NCBI GenBank assembly: GCA_963727825.1
Contig: CAVSHO010000007.1
Location: forward strand, 160,001 to 224,000
DNA from: Ignavibacteriota bacterium
GTDB lineage: Bacteria; Bacteroidota; Ignavibacteria; UBA10030
DNA length: 64,000 nt
Reading direction: 5' to 3'
A program made the position numbers and the translations under genes. Shown piece after piece: positions 54,001 to 64,000 of this stretch. Numbering within the stretch: the stretch's first letter is position 1; each line of letters begins with the position of its first letter. Under the pieces are notes generated by a model that saw only the letters and a program-made list of their open reading frames with translations, did no database searches and had not been told where the DNA came from.

Positions 54001-54309
54001 GCGACTGTTCTTGGATTGATTCCTATGGCAGCCGGCATAGGCGGCGAATCAACTCAAGCACCGTTAGCGATTGCAGTCATAGGCGGCTTAACATTTTCTA
54101 CAATCTTGACGTTATTCTTCGTTCCAATTCTTTATACGGTATTTGAAGAACGATTCAAGCGAGAGATACGAACCGATGATGTCGCACCAATTGAAATTGA
54201 ATCAATGCCTATGCAAGGCGAAGCTAAGGTAGAGCAGCCAACCGCTCTGCAAACACCGGCAGTACGAAAACCAAGAAAAGGGTCTCGCTCTTCTCCAGAG
54301 AAGAAGTAG
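51052..54309 (+). CDS. RND efflux permease (AcrB/MdtB-like)
   Basis: GRLVDDSIV, RLKPILMTSL, 1085 aa. Confidence 0.96.
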   Translation: MWITRLALRYPISTFLFALTIVLLGFVSFSQLPIDMLPNITIPVVTTVTYYTGASPLDMEQSVTRLIERSVSSINDVSYVKSSTREGISAVQVYFNWDANTDVGLVDCVQRVNRVLSQLPTGISQPSVLRFDITSLPVCVVAVEGDMDQRDLYDLAFNIIEPQIEHIDGVASATVSGGRIREIHVTLDRNRIQAMNIPVQTVLNVVANSNLIIPSGDLKTGPFDYTLKTESLFNVVKPMENVVVTTVNGVPIRLKDIGSVEDSYQEQTEIVRVNSKPGVIMRVLKLSSANTVQVVDNVVRGIPTLTGIPSAVKMTVTFDQSVYIRQTISGLQREAMLGGILAMLIIILFLRNIRGTLIILVAIPLSILITFILFRFGNITLNIMTFGGLALAVGRLVDDSIVELEAISRHYNMRKKGQSRLDATLDAAKEVAAPIFISTLTTVIVFLPIVFLSGIAKLLFVPLTITIAVALFGSFFVSRTVTPLMCLNYLPPEKELDRVSTKFSDRTRVYFHDMLESIESFYETCLRWTMKHRKTVVISIVLFSALSLGLFMFIGTEFFPDQDESRFTVSFKLPVGSRYEETDSIARQMEKIISSSVPETQVLITDVGITTNAKASSGIGGGGNSGTHAGNISVGLVPSENRNRSVFEIAADVRRRLAKLPGVQVFLNPGGILRYLLNFGSSAPIDVEIRGFDLETGNALGKEIAQIVRSTPGAADVQISRDDNLPELHINIDRDKAGVLGIDVAGISNTIYTCMAGYVASLYTDPVSGNQYNILVRLNQNYRNQIEDLKQLTITTANGQQVLLGNIATIEKRSGPVQIDRKYQQRLVEVTANAVGRDLGSVSKDIQDKLDKLNVPPGFEIKQTGNVEQQKKTFSDLSMAFLLAIILVYVVMASQFQSFIDPFIIMFTVPLGIAGVLWMLFLTHTTLSVTSFQGVIVMVGIVVSNGILLVDYTNHLRISGLELHEAVIRGGKTRLKPILMTSLATVLGLIPMAAGIGGESTQAPLAIAVIGGLTFSTILTLFFVPILYTVFEERFKREIRTDDVAPIEIESMPMQGEAKVEQPTALQTPAVRKPRKGSRSSPEKK

Positions 54310-54528
54310 TTTAATTACGTAAGCTCGTTCAAGAAAATGATTACCAGTGTTTTTCTACCTAAAAGGGAAGGAATATATTCGTACCTGAATATTTCTTCTT
54401 TCGTTTCCTTTCTGAAATGTGATTGTCGTCGTTTTCCTAACATTCCATTTGGTTTTCTCGGTATAAAAGAATAATTTGACGTCGAATTCGTTCTTGTCCA
54501 CTCAAAGTGTCTATAATTAGAAAATGTA

Positions 54529-55542
54529 ATGTTAAATTACGTCTGGATTTTTCTTATAGCAATTGCGCTAATCGTTGGTATCGGCAAAGATATCACCGAT
54601 GAATTGCAAAACACGTACCAAAATGGTGAGCCGATGGAAATAACATTTCTTTCATCGCAAATAGCATCTGGTACTGTTATGAGATTAGAAGGCCAGTTTT
54701 ATCTTACAGCAAAACAATTCAATGATTTCTACAAAATAACATCGCAGATTGAAGAAGTAAAACAACCGGTTGTTATTTCACTTTCATCAGATGGAACCGG
54801 AACGGGGAGCTTTCTTTTTTCATCCACAGATGCAACACCGATGCGCTGGAAGGAAATGAGTAAATCCGCTTCAGCCAAAGATAAACTAACGGGGAAAGTG
54901 GAGAAAATAGAATTCTCTGACGATAAATCTTGGGCAAAGGCGACTATAATATTGGAACCGATTCGCTTTGTGAAATTGAAAGCCATTACACAAGCCGCGA
55001 TTGATTTCGCAAATACTGCAGTCGAGATTGCAATTGGCTTGATAGGTGTAATGGCGCTTTGGCTTGGTCTCATCAAAGTTGCGGAGGAAGCCGGATTGGT
55101 GAAAGTGCTCACGCGATTGCTTACTCCAATTACAAAACGTTTATTCCCAGATATTCCTTCTGATCATCCTGCTATTGGTGCGATCATTATGAATACTGCG
55201 GCAAATATGCTCGGTCTCTCCAATGCTGCTACACCGATGGGTTTGAAAGCAATGGAGGAATTGAATAAGCTTAATCCCAAAGCCGGCACGGCAACGAATG
55301 CGATGGTGACTTTCCTTGCTATTAATACCGGTGGATTAATTTTAATACCGGCAACTGCGATTGCGGTCCGAGCAGCATCTGGCTCTGCAAATCCAGGTAT
55401 CATTATTGGCACTGCAATTTTCGGCGCTGGTTGTGCGACGATAACCGGAGTCATTGCATCAAAAATTCTTCAGCGTCTTCCAAAATATAAAAAGGAATTG
55501 GATAAAGAGGAAAAATTAGCGAAGGAGAAAGACAATGATTGA
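54529..55542 (+). CDS. spmA: SpmA-like nucleoside-recognition (Gate) membrane protein
   Basis: MLNYVW, ANMLGLSNAATPMGLKAM. Confidence 0.85.
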   Translation: MLNYVWIFLIAIALIVGIGKDITDELQNTYQNGEPMEITFLSSQIASGTVMRLEGQFYLTAKQFNDFYKITSQIEEVKQPVVISLSSDGTGTGSFLFSSTDATPMRWKEMSKSASAKDKLTGKVEKIEFSDDKSWAKATIILEPIRFVKLKAITQAAIDFANTAVEIAIGLIGVMALWLGLIKVAEEAGLVKVLTRLLTPITKRLFPDIPSDHPAIGAIIMNTAANMLGLSNAATPMGLKAMEELNKLNPKAGTATNAMVTFLAINTGGLILIPATAIAVRAASGSANPGIIIGTAIFGAGCATITGVIASKILQRLPKYKKELDKEEKLAKEKDND

Positions 55543-56083
55543 TCTCTTTCGTTCCATCATCAACCTGGTTTCTATCTTTGCAATTCCGCTAATGATTGCC
55601 GTGTTTCTTGGCTGGGGATTTGTCAAGAAAGTACGTGTATATGAAGTTTTTGTAGAAGGGGCTAAGGATGGATTCAATACCGCAATTCGCATAATTCCAT
55701 ACTTAGTAGGAATGTTATTTGCGATAGGTATCTTCCGTGCGAGCGGTGCTATGGATTTGTTGGTTTTAATAATTTCGCCAGTCACAAATTTAATCGGTAT
55801 GCCTGCAGATACATTGCCGATGGCGCTAATGCGACCGCTTTCGGGCAGTGGTTCATTAGGAATTATGACAGAGTTGATGAAGACGCACGGCCCGGATTCA
55901 TTTGTTGGCGTGCTTGCTTCTACAATGTATGGCAGTTCAGAAACAACGTTTTATGTGCTCGCTGTCTATTTCGGGTCAGTGAATATTAAAAATTCTCGTC
56001 ATGCCGTTCCAGTTGGATTATTGGCAGATCTTGCCGGCATGCTTGGCGCTGTTTTTATTTGCCGTATCCTTTTCGGAATTTAG
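55535..56083 (+). CDS. spmB: SpmB-like membrane protein
   Basis: FVEGAKDG, RPLSGSGS, ETTFYVLAVYFG. Confidence 0.9.
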   Translation: MIDLFRSIINLVSIFAIPLMIAVFLGWGFVKKVRVYEVFVEGAKDGFNTAIRIIPYLVGMLFAIGIFRASGAMDLLVLIISPVTNLIGMPADTLPMALMRPLSGSGSLGIMTELMKTHGPDSFVGVLASTMYGSSETTFYVLAVYFGSVNIKNSRHAVPVGLLADLAGMLGAVFICRILFGI

Positions 56084-56112
56084 AAAATATAAAGAAAATG
56101 ACAGGAGAAACC

Positions 56113-57429
56113 ATGAAATCTATTTTCATAATAATCTTTATGCTGATGTTACTATCGATTACTGCAACCGCACAACTCCAAAACGCCACCGCAGCACTAA
56201 TGGGGAATGGGAATAGTTCGATTCCTATGGGTGTTGGTGCAACTTTCATAGATGGTGAAACTTATTACTTAGTTAATATTGCGCCGGAACTCGCGTTCGG
56301 GAAACTCGGTTTAGGTCTTGATCTTAATTTACGCTTTAACACGCAGGGACAATTACGGCCGGGTGATTACGTAAAATTTGAAGATTATCTCCGCATCATT
56401 CGTTATGTCCGCTGGGCGCAGAAAGGTGATCCTCTTTACATACGAGTCGGACAACTTGACTACTCTATGCTTGGTCACGGATCAATTATCTATAATTATA
56501 ACAATAGTGCAAGCTATGATATGCGGAGGACAGGAATAGAATTAGATATGAATTTTGATAAACTCGGTTTCGAATCTATGTACAGCGATATTACGGGAAG
56601 AGGATTGCTGGGTTTGCGAGGCTATGTAAAGCCGTTAAAATTTACCAGTTTTGCTAAGGTTCCGGTTATAAATAACTTTGAAGTTGGCGCTACCTATGCG
56701 CGTGACTTAAACGAAAATGCAGATTGGACATATTTTTCAAATACATCTGAATATTATACAAAACGTTCAGGATTGTCCATTTATGGATTTGATTTTGGAC
56801 TGCCTATAATCTCCTATTCGATTTTGAAGTCTTCCTTATACTATGATTTTGCGCAAATCAATAACTATGGACATGGCTCAACTGTAGGCATCAATATGAA
56901 TTTCTCCGGACTTGGACTCGTTGACATTAGAGGTAAATATGAGTTACGTTATAATGGTATACAATATCTACCGGCGTACTTTAATGCATTGTATGAACAC
57001 GATCGATTTGATCCTGTCAGTGGTGTAAGCAAATCTGATACACTAAAATATGTAAGTGCAAATCATGGTTATTATAGCGAGCTCGTCATTAGTGTCTTGA
57101 AGACCTTTAACATCATCGCTGGCTATCAAGCGCCGTTTGATATCAAAGACCAAGGTGTTCTGCATGCAGAATTGCAATTGCCGCAAGTTACCGGCATCGT
57201 TGTACGATGTGCGTTTGATAAAACAAGAATAGGCCGGATTTTTATATCGGATGATAATACGATCCTGAGTGCAGAGGTTGGCTACAAGCCTGTCAAATAT
57301 CTATTGGTGTCAATGCTTTATCAGCGTACATTTTCAAACAGAAATCCGGATGGATCCTTACGCACTGATGGTTCCTTTATTAGACAAGATCGGGTAGAAC
57401 CGAAGGTCAGTTTTGTTTATGATTTTTAG
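56113..57429 (+). CDS. Hypothetical outer-membrane protein
   Basis: Signal peptide after AGGAG; terminal Phe. Confidence 0.7.
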   Translation: MKSIFIIIFMLMLLSITATAQLQNATAALMGNGNSSIPMGVGATFIDGETYYLVNIAPELAFGKLGLGLDLNLRFNTQGQLRPGDYVKFEDYLRIIRYVRWAQKGDPLYIRVGQLDYSMLGHGSIIYNYNNSASYDMRRTGIELDMNFDKLGFESMYSDITGRGLLGLRGYVKPLKFTSFAKVPVINNFEVGATYARDLNENADWTYFSNTSEYYTKRSGLSIYGFDFGLPIISYSILKSSLYYDFAQINNYGHGSTVGINMNFSGLGLVDIRGKYELRYNGIQYLPAYFNALYEHDRFDPVSGVSKSDTLKYVSANHGYYSELVISVLKTFNIIAGYQAPFDIKDQGVLHAELQLPQVTGIVVRCAFDKTRIGRIFISDDNTILSAEVGYKPVKYLLVSMLYQRTFSNRNPDGSLRTDGSFIRQDRVEPKVSFVYDF

Positions 57430-57691
57430 ATTTGCAAGATAGAAGAGTTAATCGAGTAAGTGCTTGCATTGATAATAATAGGGCGTTTCATTCTTGTCAG
57501 TTGAATAAACAAAACGCCTTATATTTTATTTTTAGAATAACATTCGCATAGATAATATTGGGTTTAATGTAATAAATTATCCCCCCACAATTGAGAGACT
57601 ATCCTGAAACAGATTTACTCTTTTTTGCATTTCACCTCTCTTCTTTCTATTTTCAAACATCAAATCATACTTTTACAGAAAGCAATATCTA

Positions 57692-59091
57692 ATGAACATT
57701 CAATTTCTAGGAGCTGCACGAACAGTCACCGGCTCAATGCATCTCGTCTCTGTGAATGGCACAAAAATCCTTCTCGACTGCGGTATGTTTCAAGGAAGGC
57801 GAGCAGAAGCGTATGAAAAGAATCGTAGTTTTCCATTCGATCCATCTAAAATTGATGCGGTCATTCTCTCGCATTCTCACATTGACCACGCTGGTAAACT
57901 TCCGAATCTTGTAAAGAATGGTTATCGACGGCCCTATTTATGCTACCTCGGCCGCACGCGATTTATGCAACATTATGTTGTACGATAGCGCTTACCTTCA
58001 AGAGCGGGACATTGAATATGTGAACAAGAAACACCAAAAAAGACATGAACCGCTTGTACAACATTTATATGATGTCGTAGATGTAACAAACGCTATGACG
58101 CAATTCATTAGCATTAATTACGAACAACAAGTGCAGGTTGCCAAGGGAGTGATGTTGAAATTTTTCGATGCCGGACATATTCTCGGTTCTGCTGTGACAG
58201 TGCTTGAAGTGGAAGAGAATGGTAAAAGGAAGAAAATCGGTTTCACGGGTGATTTGGGAAGGAAAGAATGCGCCGATTATTAGAGATCCACAACCAATTG
58301 GCAGCGTAGATGTATTAATTTCCGAAAGCACGTATGGCGGTAAATTACATGATCCAATAACCGGGATGAAGGATTCCTTATGCAAAGTCATCCAGCGAAC
58401 AGCTGATCGCGGCGGCAAAGTGATTGTGCCATCGTTCAGTGTCGGAAGGACACAGGAGATCGCATATCTTTTGTCAGAATTATTTGATGAAGGCAGATTA
58501 CCTGTTGTACCAATTTATGTCGACAGCCCGCTCGCAGTAAATGCAAGCGACATTTTCCGTTTGCATACCGAGTGTTTTGATCAAGAAACACTTGCTCATT
58601 TGCATGCGCATGAAGATCCTTTTGGTTTCAACAGGTTAACGTATGTGCGGTCGGTAGATGAATCAAAAAAATTGAATGATATGCATTCTCCGTGCGTTAT
58701 TATTTCAGCATCCGGAATGTGTGAAGGCGGAAGAATTGTGCACCATCTTGCCAACAACGTTGAAAATCCTAATAACACTATTCTGATATGCGGATATCAA
58801 GCGGAACATACGCTCGGCAGGCGAATAGTTGAGAAACAGCCAGAATTGAACATCTTTGGGGAAATACATAAACTAAATGCAGAAGTAGTAGTGTTAAATT
58901 CATTCTCCGCACATGCAGGTCAGGATGAATTAGTAGAGTATATTACAATGGCCGACCAAACTCAATTGAAGAAAATATTTCTTGTTCATGGTGAATTAGT
59001 GCAGATAGAAAAACTTTCTGCGAAGCTCAAAGAAACGGGTGTAAAAGAAGAGATTTGTATTCCCGTGACAGGAGAGAAGTTTGAAATATGA
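57692..59091 (+). CDS. MBL-fold beta-CASP ribonuclease (two frameshifts)
   Basis: GAARTVTGS, HSHIDH, AGHILGS, ESTYG, FSAHA, VHGE. Confidence 0.9.
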
Positions 59092-59192
59092 AAATGAGAC
59101 TTGATGAAATCGCATTTCCGGCTAAAATATCAACCAACGCGGGTTGCGAACGATTTCTGTAGATGTTCAGTGAATGATAATGGAATTAATCA

Positions 59193-61124
59193 GTGATATT
59201 CGTACGCAGAAGTCCGAGCATTTCTTTATATCCTTTTATTTTAGGATTGCTTTTCTTTCATCAACCAGCGACTGGTCAGGAATTATCTCGTCCTTTTACG
59301 GCTCCAAGTGTAGATAGTCTACAATCTTCCTCACTCAGTTTTGATCGCGATCTTAACACTTATGTATGGACAGGAGATTTCAAGAAAGAAATCTATGGAC
59401 AACTTTGGGATGTTGATTTACATCAGCAAATTCATTCTCGCCTTATCGAAACGGACCAGACTGCAATTCAAGATGAGTATCAAGGATTAATTGCTTTACG
59501 TGCAAGACTTTTTGAAGACTGGAATTTCCAATTAAAAAATTCATCCAATGTTCTTGCTGATAACCGTGCCATTGATCTTAGCAGAATGGCACAGCATCAA
59601 GTTCTTGCAGGTTTGGAGTACTTGCCGACGAGAAACATTGTCGGTGAAGCAATGGGAGGATATGAACTGAACACACAAGAAGAGGAGAACGACCATGGTT
59701 TTACTTACGCGTTCGGTTTAAATGCGCGTCAAGTGGCACTGGAAGAATTCAATGCTTCTCTTCAATCGTCTTGGAACCAATCCCTTCTAGGCCGTCGTTC
59801 TCCAAATACAGGAGACATCAAGCTTACACTCTTGCGCGATTTCGGGGATGGTATTGACGATTCACTTGCAGTTAACTACAGCACACAGCGCAGGCAATTT
59901 TATACGTCACTCGATTCTTCAAGTCAATTAGTTCTCGGTGTGTCGCATAATATTTTTCAGCGTGATGCAAGCGTTCTTGAAGTTTCTAACCAGACGAAGT
60001 ATAATTTAGGCCGAAGTTTCTCTACAGTTGTTTCAATCGGGATCTCAAATCAATTGATCAATCGAGGATATCGCTTCAAGGATTATCTTCATCCTGAATC
60101 ATTGATTCTGGATTCGCGCATCCAAGAAATGCAATTCTTTGGTATTATTTCAATGCGGTGGCAACCGATTTACTGGCTAGGCGCAGACATTAAACTTGCA
60201 TACACTGAAAAAGAAGAACGACATTCAGTATTGGATGATATTCATGCTTCGGATGCTATCGTTGATACACAACGAGCTTCGGCAAGCCGCTTAGAAAATA
60301 ATGCGCAACGTACAACGCTTACGGCAGGATTAGAAATTGATGTATCGCAGTATGATAAAATTCATTTGGTATCTTCGTCAAGTATTTTGCATTATGATAC
60401 ACCGGATATACTTAATACTGATGATCGTGATGAATTACTCTTAACGTCAGGAGCCGAGTATTTGCATAAATTTTCCTCTCGCTTGCTTCTGACGCTGAAT
60501 GCAGACCTGACATTATTTCATCTTGTTTATCTGAATGGAGATCAGAGTGCAAATAATAATTGGAACCGTGTTATCCGGCTGTCGCCAACTGTTGAGTATA
60601 TGCCGGATCCATGGTTCCGTACAGTTATGCGCACTGAAGTCCTGGCAAATTATACGGTCTATGATTATGAACAGCAGGTAGCCTCTATACAAAGCTTTTC
60701 ATTCAGGCAAGCTCTGTGGTCAGATTCTACCGCTATACGGTTATGCGAAAGAATCCAGTGTAATTTTTCAGGAAGCTTGCGTATCTTTGAAAATGGAACA
60801 CTTCGCTGGCAGGAATTTAAGGAAAATCCAGAAGAATACGTCGTCGAGAAAGCAATGTGGCCGGAATTAGTTTGGTCTTCGATGATTGGATTAAAAATTG
60901 GAATTGGATTCCGTTATTTTGGTCAAGATCGTTACACCTACCAAAGTGGTCAGCGAATATTCTCTCAAGGGATAGAAGCGTTAGGTCCGACCGCATCTAT
61001 TGAATGGTCAGGATTGGCTGGAGAAAAAGTTATGATTAATGGATGGCGGGAAGAACAAAGAAACAATGGGACGACGGCGGCAATAATTTCAAATCTCTCT
61101 ATACAAGTAGGGTTTATCTTGTAA
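59193..61124 (+). CDS. Hypothetical exported / outer-membrane beta-barrel protein
   Basis: 643-aa ORF, signal-like N terminus, amphipathic strands. Confidence 0.7.
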   Translation: MIFVRRSPSISLYPFILGLLFFHQPATGQELSRPFTAPSVDSLQSSSLSFDRDLNTYVWTGDFKKEIYGQLWDVDLHQQIHSRLIETDQTAIQDEYQGLIALRARLFEDWNFQLKNSSNVLADNRAIDLSRMAQHQVLAGLEYLPTRNIVGEAMGGYELNTQEEENDHGFTYAFGLNARQVALEEFNASLQSSWNQSLLGRRSPNTGDIKLTLLRDFGDGIDDSLAVNYSTQRRQFYTSLDSSSQLVLGVSHNIFQRDASVLEVSNQTKYNLGRSFSTVVSIGISNQLINRGYRFKDYLHPESLILDSRIQEMQFFGIISMRWQPIYWLGADIKLAYTEKEERHSVLDDIHASDAIVDTQRASASRLENNAQRTTLTAGLEIDVSQYDKIHLVSSSSILHYDTPDILNTDDRDELLLTSGAEYLHKFSSRLLLTLNADLTLFHLVYLNGDQSANNNWNRVIRLSPTVEYMPDPWFRTVMRTEVLANYTVYDYEQQVASIQSFSFRQALWSDSTAIRLCERIQCNFSGSLRIFENGTLRWQEFKENPEEYVVEKAMWPELVWSSMIGLKIGIGFRYFGQDRYTYQSGQRIFSQGIEALGPTASIEWSGLAGEKVMINGWREEQRNNGTTAAIISNLSIQVGFIL

Positions 61125-61137
61125 TTTTAGAAGCATA

Positions 61138-61590
61138 ATGAAATCAATTATGAACAGGAACAAGCCGGGCAGTATACATCAAAAATGTATTTATGAAATG
61201 GTGTGCCCAAGTAATCAAGAAGAAATAATGCGCATTGAAAAATTTCTGAAGCATTTAGGTACTCAGCTGCGTATAGACGATGGAATGATGCACCGGTTGC
61301 TCGTTTCATGTACAGAGGCAGTGAATAATGCAATTGTTCACGGTAACAAATCCGATCCTGATAAAAATGTAATTATTCGATGCGTTGTTAAAAAGAAGAT
61401 ATTAACCGTTTTCGTAATAGATGAAGGGAAAGGATTTAATTCAGAAAGCTTGCAAGATCCGCGTGACGAAAAGAATTTGTTGAAAGAAAACGGGCGTGGT
61501 GTGTTTTTAATGCGCTCACTCATGGATAAGGTGAAATTTAAGCGGCTTAAGTCAGGTTCTTTTGTGGAGATGCAGGTGAAGCTTCACTAA
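61138..61590 (+). CDS. RsbW-like anti-sigma/HATPase protein
   Basis: EAVNNAIVHG, DEGKGF, GRGVFLM. Confidence 0.9.
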   Translation: MKSIMNRNKPGSIHQKCIYEMVCPSNQEEIMRIEKFLKHLGTQLRIDDGMMHRLLVSCTEAVNNAIVHGNKSDPDKNVIIRCVVKKKILTVFVIDEGKGFNSESLQDPRDEKNLLKENGRGVFLMRSLMDKVKFKRLKSGSFVEMQVKLH

Positions 61591-61624
61591 CAACTTATAA
61601 CTGCGAGCATGAATTATAAAAAGG

Positions 61625-61656
61625 AAAAACCCGCCTCAAATGAAGACGGGTTTTTC
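61625..61656. terminator. Bidirectional terminator
   Basis: AAAAACCCG...CGGGTTTTT between convergent genes. Confidence 0.8.
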
Positions 61657-61679
61657 TTACTGTTAAAGATAAATTCAAC

Positions 61680-62999
61680 TCAGAAATTATAACCGAAATT
61701 AACGCTAATAATACTGGCGTTGGTGCTATAAGTTCCGGGAACCGTTGGTGTGGTGTTACCTGCACCGGAAGAAAATGGGGCAGTTTTATCGGCAAATAAC
61801 ACAAGCATATATGCCGCATCGATATATAATTTATCGGTAATTTTACAGCTTGCGCCAACCGTAAGATCAGTACGATCTGCATCGGGAAGCATAGGCTCTG
61901 TGACACTCGCAGGCTGCGGTGTCATATCCTCGATTGCTCCTATGCGAGCGGTCCAATTCTCATTTAATTTATATTCTGCACCGATGCGGAGAATTGGTTC
62001 ATCATCCCAATTTTTCGTATAGGTTACCGTGCCTGCGGGGGCAGGTAAATTGAGTTGAAGTTTATCATATGAAGACCATTGGACATACTGGAAATTGGCT
62101 TCGATTCTTAAGTCAGGTGACAGCATATACGCTGCACCAACATATAAATTCCCCGGCATGGGAAGAGTTGCTGTTCCGGTTCCATTTGGAAAGCCTGGAG
62201 CCAACACACTCATATTTGTGTAGGTTGCGTTTCCTGAAAAATCGATTTTGGTTGTTATCCGATATGATAAACCCAGTGATAATTTATCTACCGGTTTGTA
62301 TATAACACCAAGATTCGCATTAAATCCGTTTCCAGTGCCTTTTAATTCCATGTTTCCATTAAGACCATTTAGAATCGGAAAATATGCGGACGGACCGATC
62401 AGGCCCAAAGGAATAGATTTCGTCATATCAACGGTTGCATATACATAACTTACTCCCAAGCCGACTGAAAGATCGTTGTTAATTTTATATGCAATTGTTG
62501 GATTGAAATAATATGTTGCAATATTTGAATTAACGGATAGATAACTCCCGAGATAATTTCCGTAAAAAGGTGCAGTGGCTATTGTTTGTCCCCATAAATT
62601 AGGCCATTGTGTCCCCAATCCAAATGGATTGTAAATTCCAAGTCCAACAACGATCTGATCATTAACCTGATATGATCCATAAATATTAAAAGGAGTAAAT
62701 ACTTGAGAATTAGTAGATATAGAACCGGCTTGCATGAATGAGCCGGATGCAGGCGAATAAGTGGTCGATGGTATAATAAAATTAATACCGCCGAGAACAT
62801 TAATGCCGCTTTGGAATGCAAGTCCGGCTGGATTGAAATAAATTGCAGAAGGATCGGAAGCTGTTGCTACGAAAGCTCCGCCCATACCGACGGCTCGTGC
62901 GTCTTGTTCGTTAAGCTGATACCCGCCAGCAAACATAACGCCGACAACCAAGGCAGAAAGGACGATAATCCCGATTAAACGATTTGTAATGTTCCTCAA
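61680..62999 (-). CDS. FadL/OmpP1 long-chain fatty acid transport protein
   Basis: GGYQLNEQDARAVGMGGA, YFNPAGL, terminal YNF; TTG start after AGGAGG. Confidence 0.9.
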   Translation of the reverse strand: MRNITNRLIGIIVLSALVVGVMFAGGYQLNEQDARAVGMGGAFVATASDPSAIYFNPAGLAFQSGINVLGGINFIIPSTTYSPASGSFMQAGSISTNSQVFTPFNIYGSYQVNDQIVVGLGIYNPFGLGTQWPNLWGQTIATAPFYGNYLGSYLSVNSNIATYYFNPTIAYKINNDLSVGLGVSYVYATVDMTKSIPLGLIGPSAYFPILNGLNGNMELKGTGNGFNANLGVIYKPVDKLSLGLSYRITTKIDFSGNATYTNMSVLAPGFPNGTGTATLPMPGNLYVGAAYMLSPDLRIEANFQYVQWSSYDKLQLNLPAPAGTVTYTKNWDDEPILRIGAEYKLNENWTARIGAIEDMTPQPASVTEPMLPDADRTDLTVGASCKITDKLYIDAAYMLVLFADKTAPFSSGAGNTTPTVPGTYSTNASIISVNFGYNF

Positions 63000-63195
63000 G
63001 GTGACCTCCTGAAGTGAAGTGAGTGGTTTGTGATTTGTTGTTAAATCAAACAAAGCGTTGTGTATTCTGTTCCAATTGAAAGCAGTATAATAAATGAATT
63101 ATTAAGATGCAATTTTCAGAATATAAATTCAGTATTATGGATAGTAACAATAAGGGAAATGGTTAATCGGTAGTTATAAAAAATTCGTTGGTAAG

Positions 63196-63219
63196 AAAAA
63201 GCCTCCAAGTGGAGGCTTT
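63196..63219 (-). terminator. Terminator after rpmA
   Basis: AAAGCCTCC...GGAGGCTTT with a T-tract on the minus strand. Confidence 0.75.
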
Positions 63220-63236
63220 GTGAGAATAGCTTGATT

Positions 63237-63494
63237 TCAACCGGCTTGCACAATACTAATACGCTGCCTTGCCTTGCCAATGCGTTCAAATTTAACAACG
63301 CCTGTAGCAAGTGCAAAGAGAGTGTCATCACTGCCGATTCCAACATTGATGCCTGGATGAAACTTTGTGCCGCGTTGACGCACGAGGATATTGCCGGCAA
63401 GCACAACCTGACCGCCGAAACGTTTAACCCCGAGGCGTTGGGCATTACTTTCGCGGCCGTTTCTAGAACTTCCACCGCCTTTTTTATGAGCCAT
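63237..63494 (-). CDS. rpmA: 50S ribosomal protein L27
   Basis: [16 protein letters not shown]. Confidence 0.99.
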   Translation of the reverse strand: MAHKKGGGSSRNGRESNAQRLGVKRFGGQVVLAGNILVRQRGTKFHPGINVGIGSDDTLFALATGVVKFERIGKARQRISIVQAG

Positions 63495-63508
63495 ACTACC
63501 TCTCCAGT

Positions 63509-63817
63509 CTAAGCAAGATTTGTTATTTCAATTTCTGTGTACTGTTGTCTATGTCCGTTGCGTACTCTGTAACCCTTCCGCTTCTTCTTTTTGAGCACTA
63601 TGACAGTTTCATCTTTCACGTGTCGCAGCACTTTCGCTTCGACAAACGCTCCTTTAATAAAAGGACTGCCGACAGTTGCTTTCTTATCATCACTCGTCAG
63701 GATTACTTTATCAAACTTTACCGTCGAGCCAACTTCCGACTGTATTTTCGGTACGAACACCTTATCAGAAGGGGAAACCTTCACTTGTGTTCCTGCAATT
63801 TCTACTACTGCGTACAT
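63509..63817 (-). CDS. rplU: 50S ribosomal protein L21
   Basis: MYAVVEIAG...GHRQQYT. Confidence 0.98.
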   Translation of the reverse strand: MYAVVEIAGTQVKVSPSDKVFVPKIQSEVGSTVKFDKVILTSDDKKATVGSPFIKGAFVEAKVLRHVKDETVIVLKKKKRKGYRVRNGHRQQYTEIEITNLA

Positions 63818-63911
63818 TATTGTCCTCAATTTGATTACAATCGTTTTTGAACTATACAATTTACTGAAAAAGCGTAAGAGAGTCAACGAATTTTGTAAGA
63901 AATGGAAAATT

Positions 63912-64000
63912 TCATTTCCCAACTAATTTGTCTTCGAGAACTTGCCGTATCTGTTCCAAAGGCATTTCCACTCCTGTCCAGAGCTGAAACGCCGCTGCTC
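63912..64000 (-). CDS. aroE: C terminus of shikimate dehydrogenase (partial)
   Basis: Minus strand reads AAAFQLWTGVEMPLEQIRQVLEDKLVGK*, matching the AroE C-terminal QxxxxFxxWTG motif. Confidence 0.7.
   Translation of the reverse strand, partial: AAAFQLWTGVEMPLEQIRQVLEDKLVGK

Noticed and set aside
23131-59091. Frameshifts in atpF, atpH, atpG, the GspE/PilB ATPase, amidohydrolase, RND adaptor, beta-CASP nuclease and others as pseudogenes or programmed frameshifting
   Set aside because: They hit essential genes, share no slippery motif and are scattered single-base indels, best explained as long-read consensus errors
398-63926. Numerous short overlapping and antisense ORFs in the track
   Set aside because: They overlap well-supported genes and have no recognisable motifs; treated as shadow ORFs except where they are frameshifted pieces of real genes

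Overview
Bacterial chromosome fragment, most likely Ignavibacteria/Chlorobi-Bacteroidota group (inferred from the atp operon lacking atpD/atpC, mqnA, long rpsP and FadL-like outer-membrane proteins). Bases 1-16.5 kb are an accessory island: small membrane-protein genes, a PLD-SNF2 helicase plus N6-adenine methyltransferase-TRD defence locus, three small nuclease-like genes, a RhuM-like/Doc pair and two hydrolases, ending at a tRNA-Leu-like 3' remnant. Bases 16.6-64 kb are mostly core genome (rpsU, atp, ffh-rpsP-khpA-rimM-trmD-rplS, recN, cysS, pyk, mnmA, ECF sigma/RND cluster, spmAB, rplU-rpmA). Single-base frameshifts in essential genes point to long-read assembly errors. The most striking signal is two transposase-free nuclease cassettes with insertion footprints. 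One is a 585-bp GxxExxY element with 15-bp terminal inverted repeats and a 4-bp flanking duplication, whose removal restores a TAATG stop/start overlap. The other is a 446-bp GIY-YIG element with inverted REP-like palindromes and a 22-bp duplication of the neighbouring gene end. All family assignments come from motif recognition, not database searches.
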